A stretch of 64,000 nucleotides of DNA from Candidatus Sumerlaeota bacterium (GTDB lineage: Bacteria; Sumerlaeota; Sumerlaeia; JAFGJS01), in contig JAFGJS010000037.1 in assembly GCA_016928995.1 (NCBI GenBank), positions 5,895 through 69,894 on the forward strand, written 5' to 3'. Below the pieces are notes generated by a model that searched no databases, was not told the DNA's origin, and was given only the letters and a program-made list of their open reading frames with translations. Below are positions 11,600 to 21,405 of the stretch, in pieces. The position numbers and the translations under genes are program-made. Position 1 is the stretch's first letter. Each line of letters starts with the position of its first letter.

Positions 11600-12541
11600 A
11601 TGCTCATGAACTTCCTGCTTCTATTCACGGGATTCGTCCTGCTCTATTTTGGAGCCGAAGGACTCGTTCGCGGCAGTTCATCGCTCGCCTCCCGGCTTGG
11701 CATGAGCGCTCTTGTCATTGGACTCACGATCGTTGCGTATGGAACCAGTATGCCTGAGATGGTTGTCAGCGTGAAAACCTCTCTCAACGGCCAAGGCAGC
11801 ATCGCCATTGGCAATGTCGTCGGCTCCAACATCTTCAACATCGCTGTGATTCTCGGTATCACAGCCCTGATCCATCCTCTTAAAGTCAAACTCCAAATCA
11901 TCAAATACGACACCCCGATTATGATCGGGACTACAATCATCTTCCTTTTTTTCTTCGCCGACTCCTTCATTTCGCGGCTCGAGGGCGCGATATTCTTCAC
12001 TGGAATTGTTATCTATACAGCAGTCAACCTGATTATGGCAAAAAAAGATCCGTCACAAATCGGCGAGACCGACACTGGCAATGCTAAACTGAACTCGCTT
12101 GCCGCAGAAATCTCTTTTATTGCTGGCGGAATGCTGCTTCTTGTCCTTGGATCCAAATGGCTTGTCGATGGCGCCATCGGCGTCGCTCAACACTTTGGAA
12201 TCAGCGAAGCCATCATCGGCCTCACCATTATCGCCGCAGGCACCAGCCTCCCCGAACTCGCCACTTCCGTCATCGCCGCAATACGCAAAGAGCCCGACAT
12301 CGCCATCGCTAACATCATTGGCTCCAATATTTTCAACATTCTCAGTATCGTCGGAACTTCCGCACTTATCTCGCCAATCGATGGAACCGGCATTAGCGTC
12401 ATCGACTCTCTGGTTATGCTAGCGGTTTCACTCATGCTCCTCCCGCTCCTACGCTCTGGATACAACCTTGGCCGCATCGAAGGATTCTGCTTGCTTGCAG
12501 GATATATTGCCTATCTGGCTTATCTCATCCTTTATATTTGA
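11600..12541 (+). CDS. Ca2+/Na+ (CaCA family, YrbG-like) antiporter.
   Basis: Two internal alpha-repeats (GTSMPEM / GTSLPEL) sit in a roughly 10-TM protein. Confidence 0.85.
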   Translation: MLMNFLLLFTGFVLLYFGAEGLVRGSSSLASRLGMSALVIGLTIVAYGTSMPEMVVSVKTSLNGQGSIAIGNVVGSNIFNIAVILGITALIHPLKVKLQIIKYDTPIMIGTTIIFLFFFADSFISRLEGAIFFTGIVIYTAVNLIMAKKDPSQIGETDTGNAKLNSLAAEISFIAGGMLLLVLGSKWLVDGAIGVAQHFGISEAIIGLTIIAAGTSLPELATSVIAAIRKEPDIAIANIIGSNIFNILSIVGTSALISPIDGTGISVIDSLVMLAVSLMLLPLLRSGYNLGRIEGFCLLAGYIAYLAYLILYI

Positions 12542-12753
12542 TTTTCACCACACCCGGATTTTGGATCATAACGACACGGATTGATGCGGCAACGGGTAAT
12601 CGTGGCACACATCACGAATCTTCTTGCTTCATTCAATCTAAAAACAGACATCAATTCATCTGAATTCAAGTAATTCTGTGAAAAACAATTTCTTGCAGAA
12701 TTGGTCCGTAATTTGCATGTTTTTTGTCCGACAGATTGGCTGGAGGAATTCAA

Positions 12754-13623
12754 ATGATTACAACTGGCAATTACATAAAAACGACGTTGCTGATGGTGGG
12801 CTTGATGGCGCTGTTTGGCCTGTTCGGCTATTTGCTGGGCGGACAGAGCGGGCTGATCGTCGCGCTGATCTTCGCGACCGTGACGAATTTTTTCAGCTAT
12901 TGGTTCTCGGATTCCATCTTGCTGAAGATGTATCGCGCGCAGCCGGTGAACGAGCGGCAGGAACCGCGATTGCATGCCATCGTCCGGCGGCTATGCGGCA
13001 ACGCCGGTCTGCCCATGCCGAAGCTTTACATCTTGCCGGAGGAGGCGCCGAACGCCTTCGCCACGGGGCGCAATCCACGGCACTCGGCCGTGGCCGTGAC
13101 GCAGGGACTGTTGCGGATGATGAACGACCGCGAAATTGAGGGCGTGGTGGCGCATGAGTTGGCGCACATCAAGAATCGCGATATCCTGATCGGCACGATC
13201 GCCGCCACCTTTGCCGGAGCGATCATGATGCTGGCGAATATCGCGCAGTGGTCGATGTTCTTCGGCGGTTTTGGCGGAGACCGGCGCGACAACAATCCGC
13301 TGGCGCTGATTGGTTTGATCCTTTCGATCATCCTGATGCCATTTGCCGCAATACTGGTGCAGGCGGCGATCTCGCGCAGCCGCGAGTATGGCGCGGACGC
13401 CACGGGCGCGCGTTTCGCCGGAAGTCCGGATGGATTGGCCAGCGCCCTGCGGAAACTCGGCGCGTATTCCGGCCGCATCCCGTTGGAGGCCAACGCGGCC
13501 ACGGCGCACATGTTCATCGTCAAGCCGCTTTCCCGTCGCCACGCGCGCCAGGCCATGCTGAGCATGAGCACCCATCCGCCGCTTGAAGATCGCATCCGCC
13601 GTTTGCGCGAGATGCGTTTCTAA
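12754..13623 (+). CDS. htpX: Zinc metalloprotease HtpX (M48 family).
   Basis: HELAHIKNRD zinc-binding motif, N-terminal TM helices and a C-terminal PPLEDRIRRL. Confidence 0.85.
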   Translation: MITTGNYIKTTLLMVGLMALFGLFGYLLGGQSGLIVALIFATVTNFFSYWFSDSILLKMYRAQPVNERQEPRLHAIVRRLCGNAGLPMPKLYILPEEAPNAFATGRNPRHSAVAVTQGLLRMMNDREIEGVVAHELAHIKNRDILIGTIAATFAGAIMMLANIAQWSMFFGGFGGDRRDNNPLALIGLILSIILMPFAAILVQAAISRSREYGADATGARFAGSPDGLASALRKLGAYSGRIPLEANAATAHMFIVKPLSRRHARQAMLSMSTHPPLEDRIRRLREMRF

Positions 13624-13643
13624 TCAAATAAGCTGACGAGGCC

Positions 13644-14648
13644 ATGGCCACAAACGAGCAACGGCGGGATTGGATCCGGATTTCCCTCTGCGACGGAGTG
13701 CGTCCGGAAACCTGGCTGTATGCGCTGGAAACCGCCAAGGCCGCGGATGTGGATCCGCACGAATTCCTGACGTTGAGCCATTTGCAACGCGAACGGACCT
13801 TCCACACGCCCGAGGGCTTGGAGCGTGCGCTGCAGCAGCATCCCGGCGACACCAAACGCATCGATCAGCTGCTCGATGCGCTCGACCGGCATGATATATG
13901 GATGATTCCGGCGTGGGATGAGCATTACCCGGACGTTGTGCGGCAGTGCATGGGCGCGCAGGCGCCGCCGGTGCTTTACTGCTGGGGCGACCGGCGTATT
14001 CTGTCGCGCGCCGCGCTGGCGATGGTCGGCGCAAGCGAGGCTTCCGCCTCCGGCCTTACGGCCGCGCAGGCCTATGCCGAGGCGGTTGCGGCGCGGAAGA
14101 TCGCCGTGGTCAGCGGACTGGCGCGCGGCATTGACACCGCCTCGCATCAAGGCGCCCTGGCGGCGGACGAAGGCGCCACGATCGCCGTGTTGCCGCATGG
14201 CATCCTGCGGCTGGCCTGGCCGGATGAACTGGCGGGCGATGCGGATCCGAGCCGTGTGCTGGCGGTCTCCTCCTGGCCGCCGGACCATGGATGGGAAAGC
14301 CGCTACGCCGTTGAGCGGAACAAGCTGATCGTGGCGCTCAGCGACGGCGTATTCGCCGTGGAAACCGGATTGACCGGCGGAACGACGTATTCCGTCCGCG
14401 AGGCCAGGCGCACGCACAAACCGCTGATGACCTTGGAATACGCTAAGGGTGAAACGCCGCCGTCCGCCGTTGGCAATCACAGCCTGCGCGCCTTGGGCGC
14501 GCGAATGCTGCCAGTGATACAGCATGCTGCGGAGGCGCCGCTGCAAGGCCTGCTGGAAGACGTGGACCGGCAATATAAATGCCGCAAATCCGGCGTGCCA
14601 TGGGGCGACAGCGGCAGAGCAGATGACGCTCAAGGCGAACTTTTCTGA
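13644..14648 (+). CDS. dprA: DNA processing protein DprA (Smf).
   Basis: Rossmann-like DprA core (AMVGASEASASGLTAAQAYAEAVAARKIAVVSGLARGIDTASHQGAL ... TIAVLPHGI). Confidence 0.8.
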   Translation: MATNEQRRDWIRISLCDGVRPETWLYALETAKAADVDPHEFLTLSHLQRERTFHTPEGLERALQQHPGDTKRIDQLLDALDRHDIWMIPAWDEHYPDVVRQCMGAQAPPVLYCWGDRRILSRAALAMVGASEASASGLTAAQAYAEAVAARKIAVVSGLARGIDTASHQGALAADEGATIAVLPHGILRLAWPDELAGDADPSRVLAVSSWPPDHGWESRYAVERNKLIVALSDGVFAVETGLTGGTTYSVREARRTHKPLMTLEYAKGETPPSAVGNHSLRALGARMLPVIQHAAEAPLQGLLEDVDRQYKCRKSGVPWGDSGRADDAQGELF

Positions 14649-14850
14649 TCCTCTCACGCATGATAAACGCCGGAATCTGTCCTCGAAGGCCGTAAATTTA
14701 CCCTCAAAACGCAAAAAGCGCCGATTTTTGCGAATTTATACTTGAAGATTGGAAAATTCTCGCGTTTATTTCGCGGACTCGTTATGTGGCGATTCCCGCG
14801 AGTGTTTATTTTGATTAAACTACGAGTCTGCTTTTCGAGGTTAATGCTAA

Positions 14851-16992
14851 ATGCTCTCCTTAATGCGAAATCCCAAGTTTGTCCGGCGCGTCATGATCTG
14901 GGTTTTGTTGCTGGTGATTCCATCCTTCGTCGCTTTTTACGGCATCAGTTCATTGGCCGGTGGACCAGGCGGCGGCGTCGCTCCGTACATCGCCAAGGTC
15001 AAACTCAACCGCGGCGATCTTTTCTCCGAGGAAATTCCATTGCGTAATTATGAGATTGCGCGCGGCGAGGTTGAGAATTGGCTTGGAAATTCCCTGGGTT
15101 CAAGGCGGATGAGCGAGAGCGAACTGAAAAAATACGCGCGCTATATCGGTCCGCAAACCCATGCGCGTCAGGCGATCAATGACTTTTACGTGCGTAAGCA
15201 ATATGCAGAGCAAGGCATCACCGGCACGGTAGAGCAGCTTCGCGTCTACAATCAGGAGATGTTCAACGCCATTCAACAACAGCAGCGCGACATGTATGAA
15301 CGCCAGCAGGCGATGATTGCAATGGGACAACCGATACCGCAAAACCAATTGTTGCGCTCGCCGGAATTCACGAAGGATGATTTTCGCAACGTCATATCCC
15401 GGCAATATCAACGGCAAGGCGGATGGCGGGGATATGAATACGACATGATTTACAACGTGCTGCCGCGCAAACTTTATGATCAGCTGGCCGAAAGCAATGT
15501 GCGGGCGTCGCGGACGGATTTCTGGCGGCAATACGTCAAGAGCACGCAAGGACTCAAATTGGAATATGTGAATTTTATTGGCGACGACTTCGCCGATCAG
15601 GTCCAGGTTACCACGGATTCGCTCAAGCAATATTATGAAGAGCACCAGGAAGACTATCGCGTCGGCGAGCAAGCGCGCTATGAATACGTCTGCGTGACGC
15701 AGGACGCTCTGAAAAGCAGCATCGAAATTTCGGATGACGAAATTCAGAAAGTCTATGACCAGGGCAAGCAGCCTGGAGGGAAATATTGGCAAAACGGCGA
15801 GGTGTCCGCCAGCCACATCATGCTGACATTGCCCGAGGATGATACGGATACGGCCTCCATGGAGCAGGTGAAGGCGAGGATCGATGAGATTTACGAGAAA
15901 GTGACCTCCAGCACGTTCGCTCAACTGGCCAATGAATATAGCGAAGATCCGATGAACAGTCTCGATGAAAAGAAGATGGACGGCGTCATCTTCCGTCCGA
16001 TTTCCGCCAAGAGCCAGCCTTTCGGCGATGCGTTCAACAAGGCTGCGATGGCGCTGAAAACCGGCGAATGGTCCAAGCCGGTCCAATCGAAAAAAGGATG
16101 GCACATCATTCTGTCGCGGAGAACAACTCCGGATGGCCCCAAACCGCTGGATAACGGCATGAGGGAAGACATCCGCTTCACGCTGAAAGAGGAGCGCGTC
16201 GGAACCATATTCAAAGATAAACAGTATGAGCTGGCGCATAATTGGGATTTGGTCAGCAACCTGGAGGCCTTGGCCAAGGAGATGAATCTGAAGGTGATCA
16301 CGACGGATTGGGGCATGCTCGCGCCGCGCCATCTTTCTGATGCGGCAGAGCCGATGGACTTCAATCCGATGACTTCGATTAATCTCACGAATGAGCACCG
16401 CAAAGAACTGGCCGAGCTCAACGCCGGCGTCACGACAAGCAAACCGCTGATCGGCGATAAGTTCGCTGCGATCGTGCGCTTGAAAGAGTTGCGCGAGCCC
16501 TTCATTCCGCCCTTTGCTGACATCCAGGAAGATGTCGAGCAGGAATACCGGACTCAGCTCGCGGCCGAACTTGCCAGCAAGGCTGCGGAGGAGTTTTTAG
16601 CCGCGGTGACGCAAGACTCCGACCAGTTCAGCAGCAAGGCGGCGGAAATGGAATATGAGGTCGAGCAAATCACCGATGAACTGCCGCGCGATGAACTCGC
16701 CTCCGCGATCTACGGCATTGAGGGATTCGCCGATGACTCTTATGACGCGACGACCGGCACGGTCGGCCTGAATCCGATTACGCGAATGGACGATCCCGCC
16801 GGCGCTTGCGTGTGGCGAGTCAGCGGCGTCGGCTCTGTGGATCGGGATCTGTTCGAGAACCAGTTTTCATTAATGGCGCTGAATTACGCGTTCAACCTTT
16901 CGCCTGTTTTGAACCGCGAGCATCTTGCGGACGAGCGCGCGAAAATGAAGATCGAACTCAACGAGGAATACCTGGGGCTGCGGGAAGAGTAA
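14851..16992 (+). CDS. Periplasmic chaperone or peptidyl-prolyl isomerase of the PpiD/SurA class (PpiC-type parvulin domain).
   Basis: N-terminal signal-anchor TM, a long helical region, and a central parvulin domain (SHIMLTLPE...GWHIILSRR). Confidence 0.75.
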   Translation: MLSLMRNPKFVRRVMIWVLLLVIPSFVAFYGISSLAGGPGGGVAPYIAKVKLNRGDLFSEEIPLRNYEIARGEVENWLGNSLGSRRMSESELKKYARYIGPQTHARQAINDFYVRKQYAEQGITGTVEQLRVYNQEMFNAIQQQQRDMYERQQAMIAMGQPIPQNQLLRSPEFTKDDFRNVISRQYQRQGGWRGYEYDMIYNVLPRKLYDQLAESNVRASRTDFWRQYVKSTQGLKLEYVNFIGDDFADQVQVTTDSLKQYYEEHQEDYRVGEQARYEYVCVTQDALKSSIEISDDEIQKVYDQGKQPGGKYWQNGEVSASHIMLTLPEDDTDTASMEQVKARIDEIYEKVTSSTFAQLANEYSEDPMNSLDEKKMDGVIFRPISAKSQPFGDAFNKAAMALKTGEWSKPVQSKKGWHIILSRRTTPDGPKPLDNGMREDIRFTLKEERVGTIFKDKQYELAHNWDLVSNLEALAKEMNLKVITTDWGMLAPRHLSDAAEPMDFNPMTSINLTNEHRKELAELNAGVTTSKPLIGDKFAAIVRLKELREPFIPPFADIQEDVEQEYRTQLAAELASKAAEEFLAAVTQDSDQFSSKAAEMEYEVEQITDELPRDELASAIYGIEGFADDSYDATTGTVGLNPITRMDDPAGACVWRVSGVGSVDRDLFENQFSLMALNYAFNLSPVLNREHLADERAKMKIELNEEYLGLREE

Positions 16993-17035
16993 ACCGGCTG
17001 CAAGACCGGTTTCATCGAAATAATTCCATATTCAT

Positions 17036-17075
17036 CCGCGCCGGACAAACGCTCCGGCGCGGATTTTGTTTTGCG
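17036..17075 (+). terminator. Rho-independent terminator after the PpiD-like gene.
   Basis: 10-bp stem CCGCGCCGGA/TCCGGCGCGG with loop CAAACGC, followed by ATTTTGTTTTG. Confidence 0.65.
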
Positions 17076-17084
17076 GCGTTTGGG

Positions 17085-18242
17085 TTAAATGCTTGCGCAC
17101 GCGCCGCGAACGGCGGCGTCGGCGGCGATGATGTCCTGCAGCGTGGGATTGGCGATGGGCTGGTGGGCGTCCATGGCGCGTTCGATGCCGGCGGCGATGT
17201 CGAGGAAGCCGATTTTCCCCTCCAGGAATTTCTGCACGGCGATTTCTCCGGCGGCGTTGAGCACGGCCGGGAGCGTGCCGCCTGTGCGCACGGCGCGATA
17301 GGCCAGCGCCAGGCAGCGGAAGGTTTCCGTGTCCGGCGCGGCGAATTCCAGCTGGGAGAGCTGCGTCCAATCCAGACTGGGCACATGCGTCGCGCAGCGT
17401 TCAGGCCAGGTGAGGCAGTACTGGATTGGCAGCCGCATGTCCGCCGGGCCGATTTGCGCCAGGATCGAGCCGTCGATGAATTCGACCATCGAGTGGCACA
17501 GGCTCTGCGGATGCACCAGCACGTCGATGCGGTCCGGATCGATGCCATAAAGATGATGCGCTTCGATCACCTCAAGCCCCTTGTTCAACAGCGTGGCGGA
17601 GTCGATGGTGACTTTCGGCCCCATGTCCCAGGTCGGATGCTTCAGCGCTTGTTCGACGCTGACCTCGGCCAGCTGCTCGCGGGTCCAGCCGCGAAACGGT
17701 CCGCCGGACGCCGTGAGGATCAAGCGTTTCACGCGATCCGGTTTTGCGTCGCCGAGACATTGGAACAGGGCGTTGTGTTCGCTGTCGACGGGCAGGATCG
17801 GCACGCCGCGCGTCCGGGCGGCGGGCATCACGATTTCGCCCGCGGCCACGAGCACTTCCTTGTTGGCCAGCGCGATGGTCATGCCGCGCTCAATGGCCGC
17901 CAGGGTCGGCTCGACGCCCGCGAATCCGACGGTGGCCACGACAACAAGGTCGGCGTCGATGCGTTCGATCAAGCGCGTGAGGGCGCCTGCGCCGAACTCC
18001 GGCTCCGCGCCCAGCGCGCGGAATTTAGCGGCGTAGGCCTCTTCATGCGAAGCATCGGATAGCGCCACGGCCTTGGGGCGATGCTGCGCGCATTGCCGGA
18101 GCAGCGCCTCGGCGTTGCCGCAGGCCGCCAGGGCGGCGGTTTCGAAGCGTTCGGGCATCTGCGCGATCACGTCGAGCGTTTGCACGCCGATCGAACCGGT
18201 GGAACCAAGCACGGCGATGCGTTTTCGGGCCGCGGGAGTCAC
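17085..18242 (-). CDS. dxr: 1-deoxy-D-xylulose 5-phosphate reductoisomerase.
   Basis: IAVLGSTGSIGVQTLDV...LANKE...DSEHNALFQCL motifs. Confidence 0.95.
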   Translation of the reverse strand: MTPAARKRIAVLGSTGSIGVQTLDVIAQMPERFETAALAACGNAEALLRQCAQHRPKAVALSDASHEEAYAAKFRALGAEPEFGAGALTRLIERIDADLVVVATVGFAGVEPTLAAIERGMTIALANKEVLVAAGEIVMPAARTRGVPILPVDSEHNALFQCLGDAKPDRVKRLILTASGGPFRGWTREQLAEVSVEQALKHPTWDMGPKVTIDSATLLNKGLEVIEAHHLYGIDPDRIDVLVHPQSLCHSMVEFIDGSILAQIGPADMRLPIQYCLTWPERCATHVPSLDWTQLSQLEFAAPDTETFRCLALAYRAVRTGGTLPAVLNAAGEIAVQKFLEGKIGFLDIAAGIERAMDAHQPIANPTLQDIIAADAAVRGACASI

Positions 18243-19066
18243 CAGACCAGGTCCTTCCAGGTGAGGATCAGGTAAATGAAGAGAATCGGAGCGCAGACCA
18301 GCAGGCTATCAATGACGTCGAGCATGCCGCCCATGCCGGGAATGATGATCCCGCTGTCCTTGATTCCGGCGTCGCGTTTGAGCGCGGATTCCACCAGGTC
18401 GCCGGCTTGGCCCACGACGCTGAACAGCAGTCCGAGCAGCAACGCGTGCGACAGGGGAAAGACGACGTTCATGCCGGGTGCGAACAATGAAAGCAGCGCC
18501 GCCGCGAGCAACGAGAGCGACACGCCGCCCAGCGCGCCTTCAATGGTCTTGCCCGGGCTGAGCCGTGGCGAGAGCTTATGCTTGCCGCAAATGCGGCCGA
18601 TGGCGTAGGCGCCGGTGTCGGAGGACCAGCTGACGATCAGCATGAACACCACGCTGCGCAGTGCGATTTCAGCTTGCGCCAGAATTACGAGCACGAAGGC
18701 CATGGGCAGGCTGACATAGACATAACCGAAGACGGCCGCGCCGATTTCAGCCGTGAAGTTCTCGTGTCCCGCGCGGTTCATTTGCAGCAAGGCCGTCAGG
18801 ATCACGGCGATGGAGAGCAGCACGGGGAAGAGCTCGAAGAGATTCTCGCCGGCCACAAGCAACACGGCCATGCTGAAGATCAGCCCGAAGACCCGCGGCG
18901 GATGCAGCCCGCGTGAACGGCACATGGTGAAGTATTCCCAGGAGCCGGTGAGCGTGGCGAAGACGATGAAGACGGGAAAAAGGACGCGTCCGAATTCGGG
19001 AATCAGCATTCCGAGGATGAACAGCGCGAAAAATACAGCGGTGGTGAGCAGTCTGAGCGCCAGCAT
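18239..19066 (-). CDS. cdsA: Phosphatidate cytidylyltransferase.
   Basis: Polytopic protein carrying the CTP-transferase signature (SDTGAYAIGRxxGKHKL...PGKTIEG). Confidence 0.9.
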   Translation of the reverse strand: MLALRLLTTAVFFALFILGMLIPEFGRVLFPVFIVFATLTGSWEYFTMCRSRGLHPPRVFGLIFSMAVLLVAGENLFELFPVLLSIAVILTALLQMNRAGHENFTAEIGAAVFGYVYVSLPMAFVLVILAQAEIALRSVVFMLIVSWSSDTGAYAIGRICGKHKLSPRLSPGKTIEGALGGVSLSLLAAALLSLFAPGMNVVFPLSHALLLGLLFSVVGQAGDLVESALKRDAGIKDSGIIIPGMGGMLDVIDSLLVCAPILFIYLILTWKDLVW

Positions 19067-19072
19067 TCGCGG

Positions 19073-19852
19073 TTACACGCCCCCAAATCTACGATCGCGC
19101 CGCTGGTAGTCAAGCAGCGCGGCCAGCAGGTGGATTTTGCGGAATTCGGGCCAGAGCACCGGCGTGATGTGGAATTCGCTGTAAGCCGACTGCCAGATCA
19201 TGAAGTTGCTCACGCGAAATTCGTCGCTGGTGCGGATGATCAGGTCCGGATCGCCCAGTTCGGGCCGGTACATGTTGCGGCTCAGGGTGTCTTCGTCGAT
19301 TTCGTCCGGCTTGAGCGCGCCCACGGCGATCTCGCGGGCGATTTTGCGCACGGCCTCGACGATCTCATAGCGGCCGCCGTAGCTTAGCGCAAGGTTGAGG
19401 ATCATGCCCGTATTGCCCGCCGTGGCCTGCATGGTGTGCGCCAGGGCCTTCTGGCAGCCGGCTGGCAGATCCTGAATGGCGCCGCAGGCCGTCAGCCGCA
19501 CGTTGTTGCTGTTGAGTTCGTCGACCTCATTATACAGGAAGCGCTCCAGCAACGCCATCAACGCGTCGATCTCGCGCTGCGGCCGGCTCCAGTTTTCCTT
19601 GGAGAAGGCGTAGAGCGAAAGCGCCTGCAAGCCGAGCTCGCCGCAGGCGCGAGTGATTTCGCGCACGGAGTCGATGCCCGCTTCGTGGCCGCGGATGCGC
19701 TCCATGAAGCCCTGACGGCGCGCCCAGCGTCCATTGCCGTCCATGATGATGCCGACGTGCCGGGGCATGCGCGACGGATCCAACTGGGCCTCAATTTCCT
19801 CGGCCGACATGCCATTCCATGCCGGCGTCGATGTGGCGGGTTTAATGCTCAT
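19073..19852 (-). CDS. uppS: Undecaprenyl diphosphate synthase (isoprenyl transferase).
   Basis: HVGIIMDGNGRWARRQG and RGHEAG motifs. Confidence 0.9.
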   Translation of the reverse strand: MSIKPATSTPAWNGMSAEEIEAQLDPSRMPRHVGIIMDGNGRWARRQGFMERIRGHEAGIDSVREITRACGELGLQALSLYAFSKENWSRPQREIDALMALLERFLYNEVDELNSNNVRLTACGAIQDLPAGCQKALAHTMQATAGNTGMILNLALSYGGRYEIVEAVRKIAREIAVGALKPDEIDEDTLSRNMYRPELGDPDLIIRTSDEFRVSNFMIWQSAYSEFHITPVLWPEFRKIHLLAALLDYQRRDRRFGGV

Positions 19853-19893
19853 TGCGATACCTAAATTGTCCCAACTTCCAGCAATCGTTTTCT

Positions 19894-19977
19894 ATCGTCC
19901 TCGTTCTCGTTCTCGTTCTCGAAAAACAGGATGGTATGAGTAAATAATTCGAGAACGAGAACGAGGACGAGAACGAC
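19894..19977. repeat. Inverted repeat of the hexamer array (CGTTCT)n with about 27-bp arms, in the frr-uppS intergenic region.
   Basis: TCGTCCTCGTTCTCGTTCTCGTTCTCG is followed by a 32-nt spacer and then CGAGAACGAGAACGAGGACGAGAACGA. The same motif occurs in-frame at about 33124-33160. Confidence 0.6.
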
Positions 19978-20011
19978 TTCGAACGGCGGACTAAGGTCCG
20001 CCCCGGCGTAA

Positions 20012-20569
20012 TCAGACCTTCAGCAGCTCCGCTTCCTTGTCGGCTAGTTTCGCGTCCACTTTCTTGATGTGGTTGTCGGTCATTTCCTGGATCTTATCCA
20101 GGGCCACGGACATTTCGTCGTCCGAAATGTTTTTGTCTTTGTTCAGTTTCTTGACGTGGTCATTGGAATGCCGCCGCACGTTGCGCACGGCCACGCGCTG
20201 CTCTTCGGCCATGTGGTGCGCCTGTTTCACGAGTTCCTTGCGGGTTTCCTCGGTGAGCGGCGGGATGTTCAGCCGGATGACCTTGCCGTCATTGTTCGGC
20301 GTCAAGCCGATGTTCGCCGCCAGGATCGCGCGTTCGATGGCGCCCAGCACGTTTTTGTCCCACGGCTGAACGAGGATCGTATGGGCGTCCGGCGTGGTGA
20401 TGGTGGCGATGGCTTTGACCGGCTGCTCCGTTCCGTACGCCTCCACATGCACGGTGTCGAGCACGGTGGTCGTGGCGCGGCCCGTGCGCAGACTGTTGAA
20501 GTCGCGGTCGAGCGTGGTCATTGCGCCGTCCATTTTCTCTTTGGTTTCCTTGTACAGTGCTTCCAGCAT
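20012..20569 (-). CDS. frr: Ribosome recycling factor. The track ORF extends to 20605, but the start is probably the internal Met (MLEAL).
   Basis: Full-length RRF collinearity. Confidence 0.9.
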   Translation of the reverse strand: MLEALYKETKEKMDGAMTTLDRDFNSLRTGRATTTVLDTVHVEAYGTEQPVKAIATITTPDAHTILVQPWDKNVLGAIERAILAANIGLTPNNDGKVIRLNIPPLTEETRKELVKQAHHMAEEQRVAVRNVRRHSNDHVKKLNKDKNISDDEMSVALDKIQEMTDNHIKKVDAKLADKEAELLKV

Positions 20570-20573
20570 GGTT

Positions 20574-21305
20574 TTATCCTCCGACGTAGGTGCCGATCGC
20601 TTCACCGGCGATAGCGCGTTCGATGCCGCCGGCTTGCGTCAGGTTGAAGACAATTATGGGGATTTTGTTGCTTTGGCACAACTCAAAAGCGGTCATGTCC
20701 ATCACGCCAAGGCGTTTATTCAGACATTGGGCGTAGCTGAGCCGCTCGAAGCGTTTGGCCTTGGGATTCTTGCTCGGATCTTCGGAATAGACGCCGTCCA
20801 CGTTGGTGGCCTTGAGCAGCAGGTCCGCGCCGATTTCCGCGGCGCGCAGGGCGGCGGCGGTATCCGTGGTGAAGTGCGGATTGCCCGTGCCGCCGGCGAA
20901 AATCAACGTGGCGCCTTGAGCGAAGAGTTCCTCAGCGCGCCGTACAGAGAAACGGTCCATGATCTTGGGCATTTCGATGGCGCTGAGCGCTTCGGCCTTG
21001 AGTCCGGCGTGGCGCAGGAAATCGCGAAAGGCGAGGGCGTTCATCGCGGTGGCCAGCATGCCGATATCGTCGCCGGTGGTTCGGGCGATGGGAGCGAGCT
21101 CATTGCGCGCGCCGCGAAAGAAATTGCCGCCGCCGATGACAATGCCGAGCTGCGCGTCGAGCGCGGCGGCGCGGGCGATCTCCTTGGCCACGCGTCGCAG
21201 CACCGCGCCGTCCAGCCCTGAAGCGCGACGCCCGCCAAACACCTCGCCGCTGAGTTTTAAAACGATGCGGCGGTAAGCAGGTTGTTTGGCGGGCTGATTG
21301 GTCAT
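20574..21305 (-). CDS. pyrH: Uridylate (UMP) kinase.
   Basis: YRRIVLKLSGE ... amino-acid-kinase fold motifs. Confidence 0.95.
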   Translation of the reverse strand: MTNQPAKQPAYRRIVLKLSGEVFGGRRASGLDGAVLRRVAKEIARAAALDAQLGIVIGGGNFFRGARNELAPIARTTGDDIGMLATAMNALAFRDFLRHAGLKAEALSAIEMPKIMDRFSVRRAEELFAQGATLIFAGGTGNPHFTTDTAAALRAAEIGADLLLKATNVDGVYSEDPSKNPKAKRFERLSYAQCLNKRLGVMDMTAFELCQSNKIPIIVFNLTQAGGIERAIAGEAIGTYVGG

Positions 21306-21405
21306 CCGTTAGACTCGCTTCCTATCAGGCGGGCCTAAGCCCGCAATGTTGTTTGAGATCCGGATGATCGCGGCGAGCTGCGGCTCGCTTCACGAGTTTG
21401 GCGGT

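Noticed and set aside
12590-12625. TGGCAC near 12608 as a sigma-54 -24 element.
   Set aside because: The downstream TTGC is at the wrong spacing (about 17 nt after TGGCAC rather than 5), so it does not fit the -24/-12 consensus.
21306-21405. GCGGGC ctaa GCCCGC hairpin between pyrH and tsf as a terminator.
   Set aside because: The T-rich tail is on the plus strand while both flanking genes are on the minus strand. On the minus strand the hairpin is not followed by a U-tract. It is possibly just an mRNA processing or stability element.
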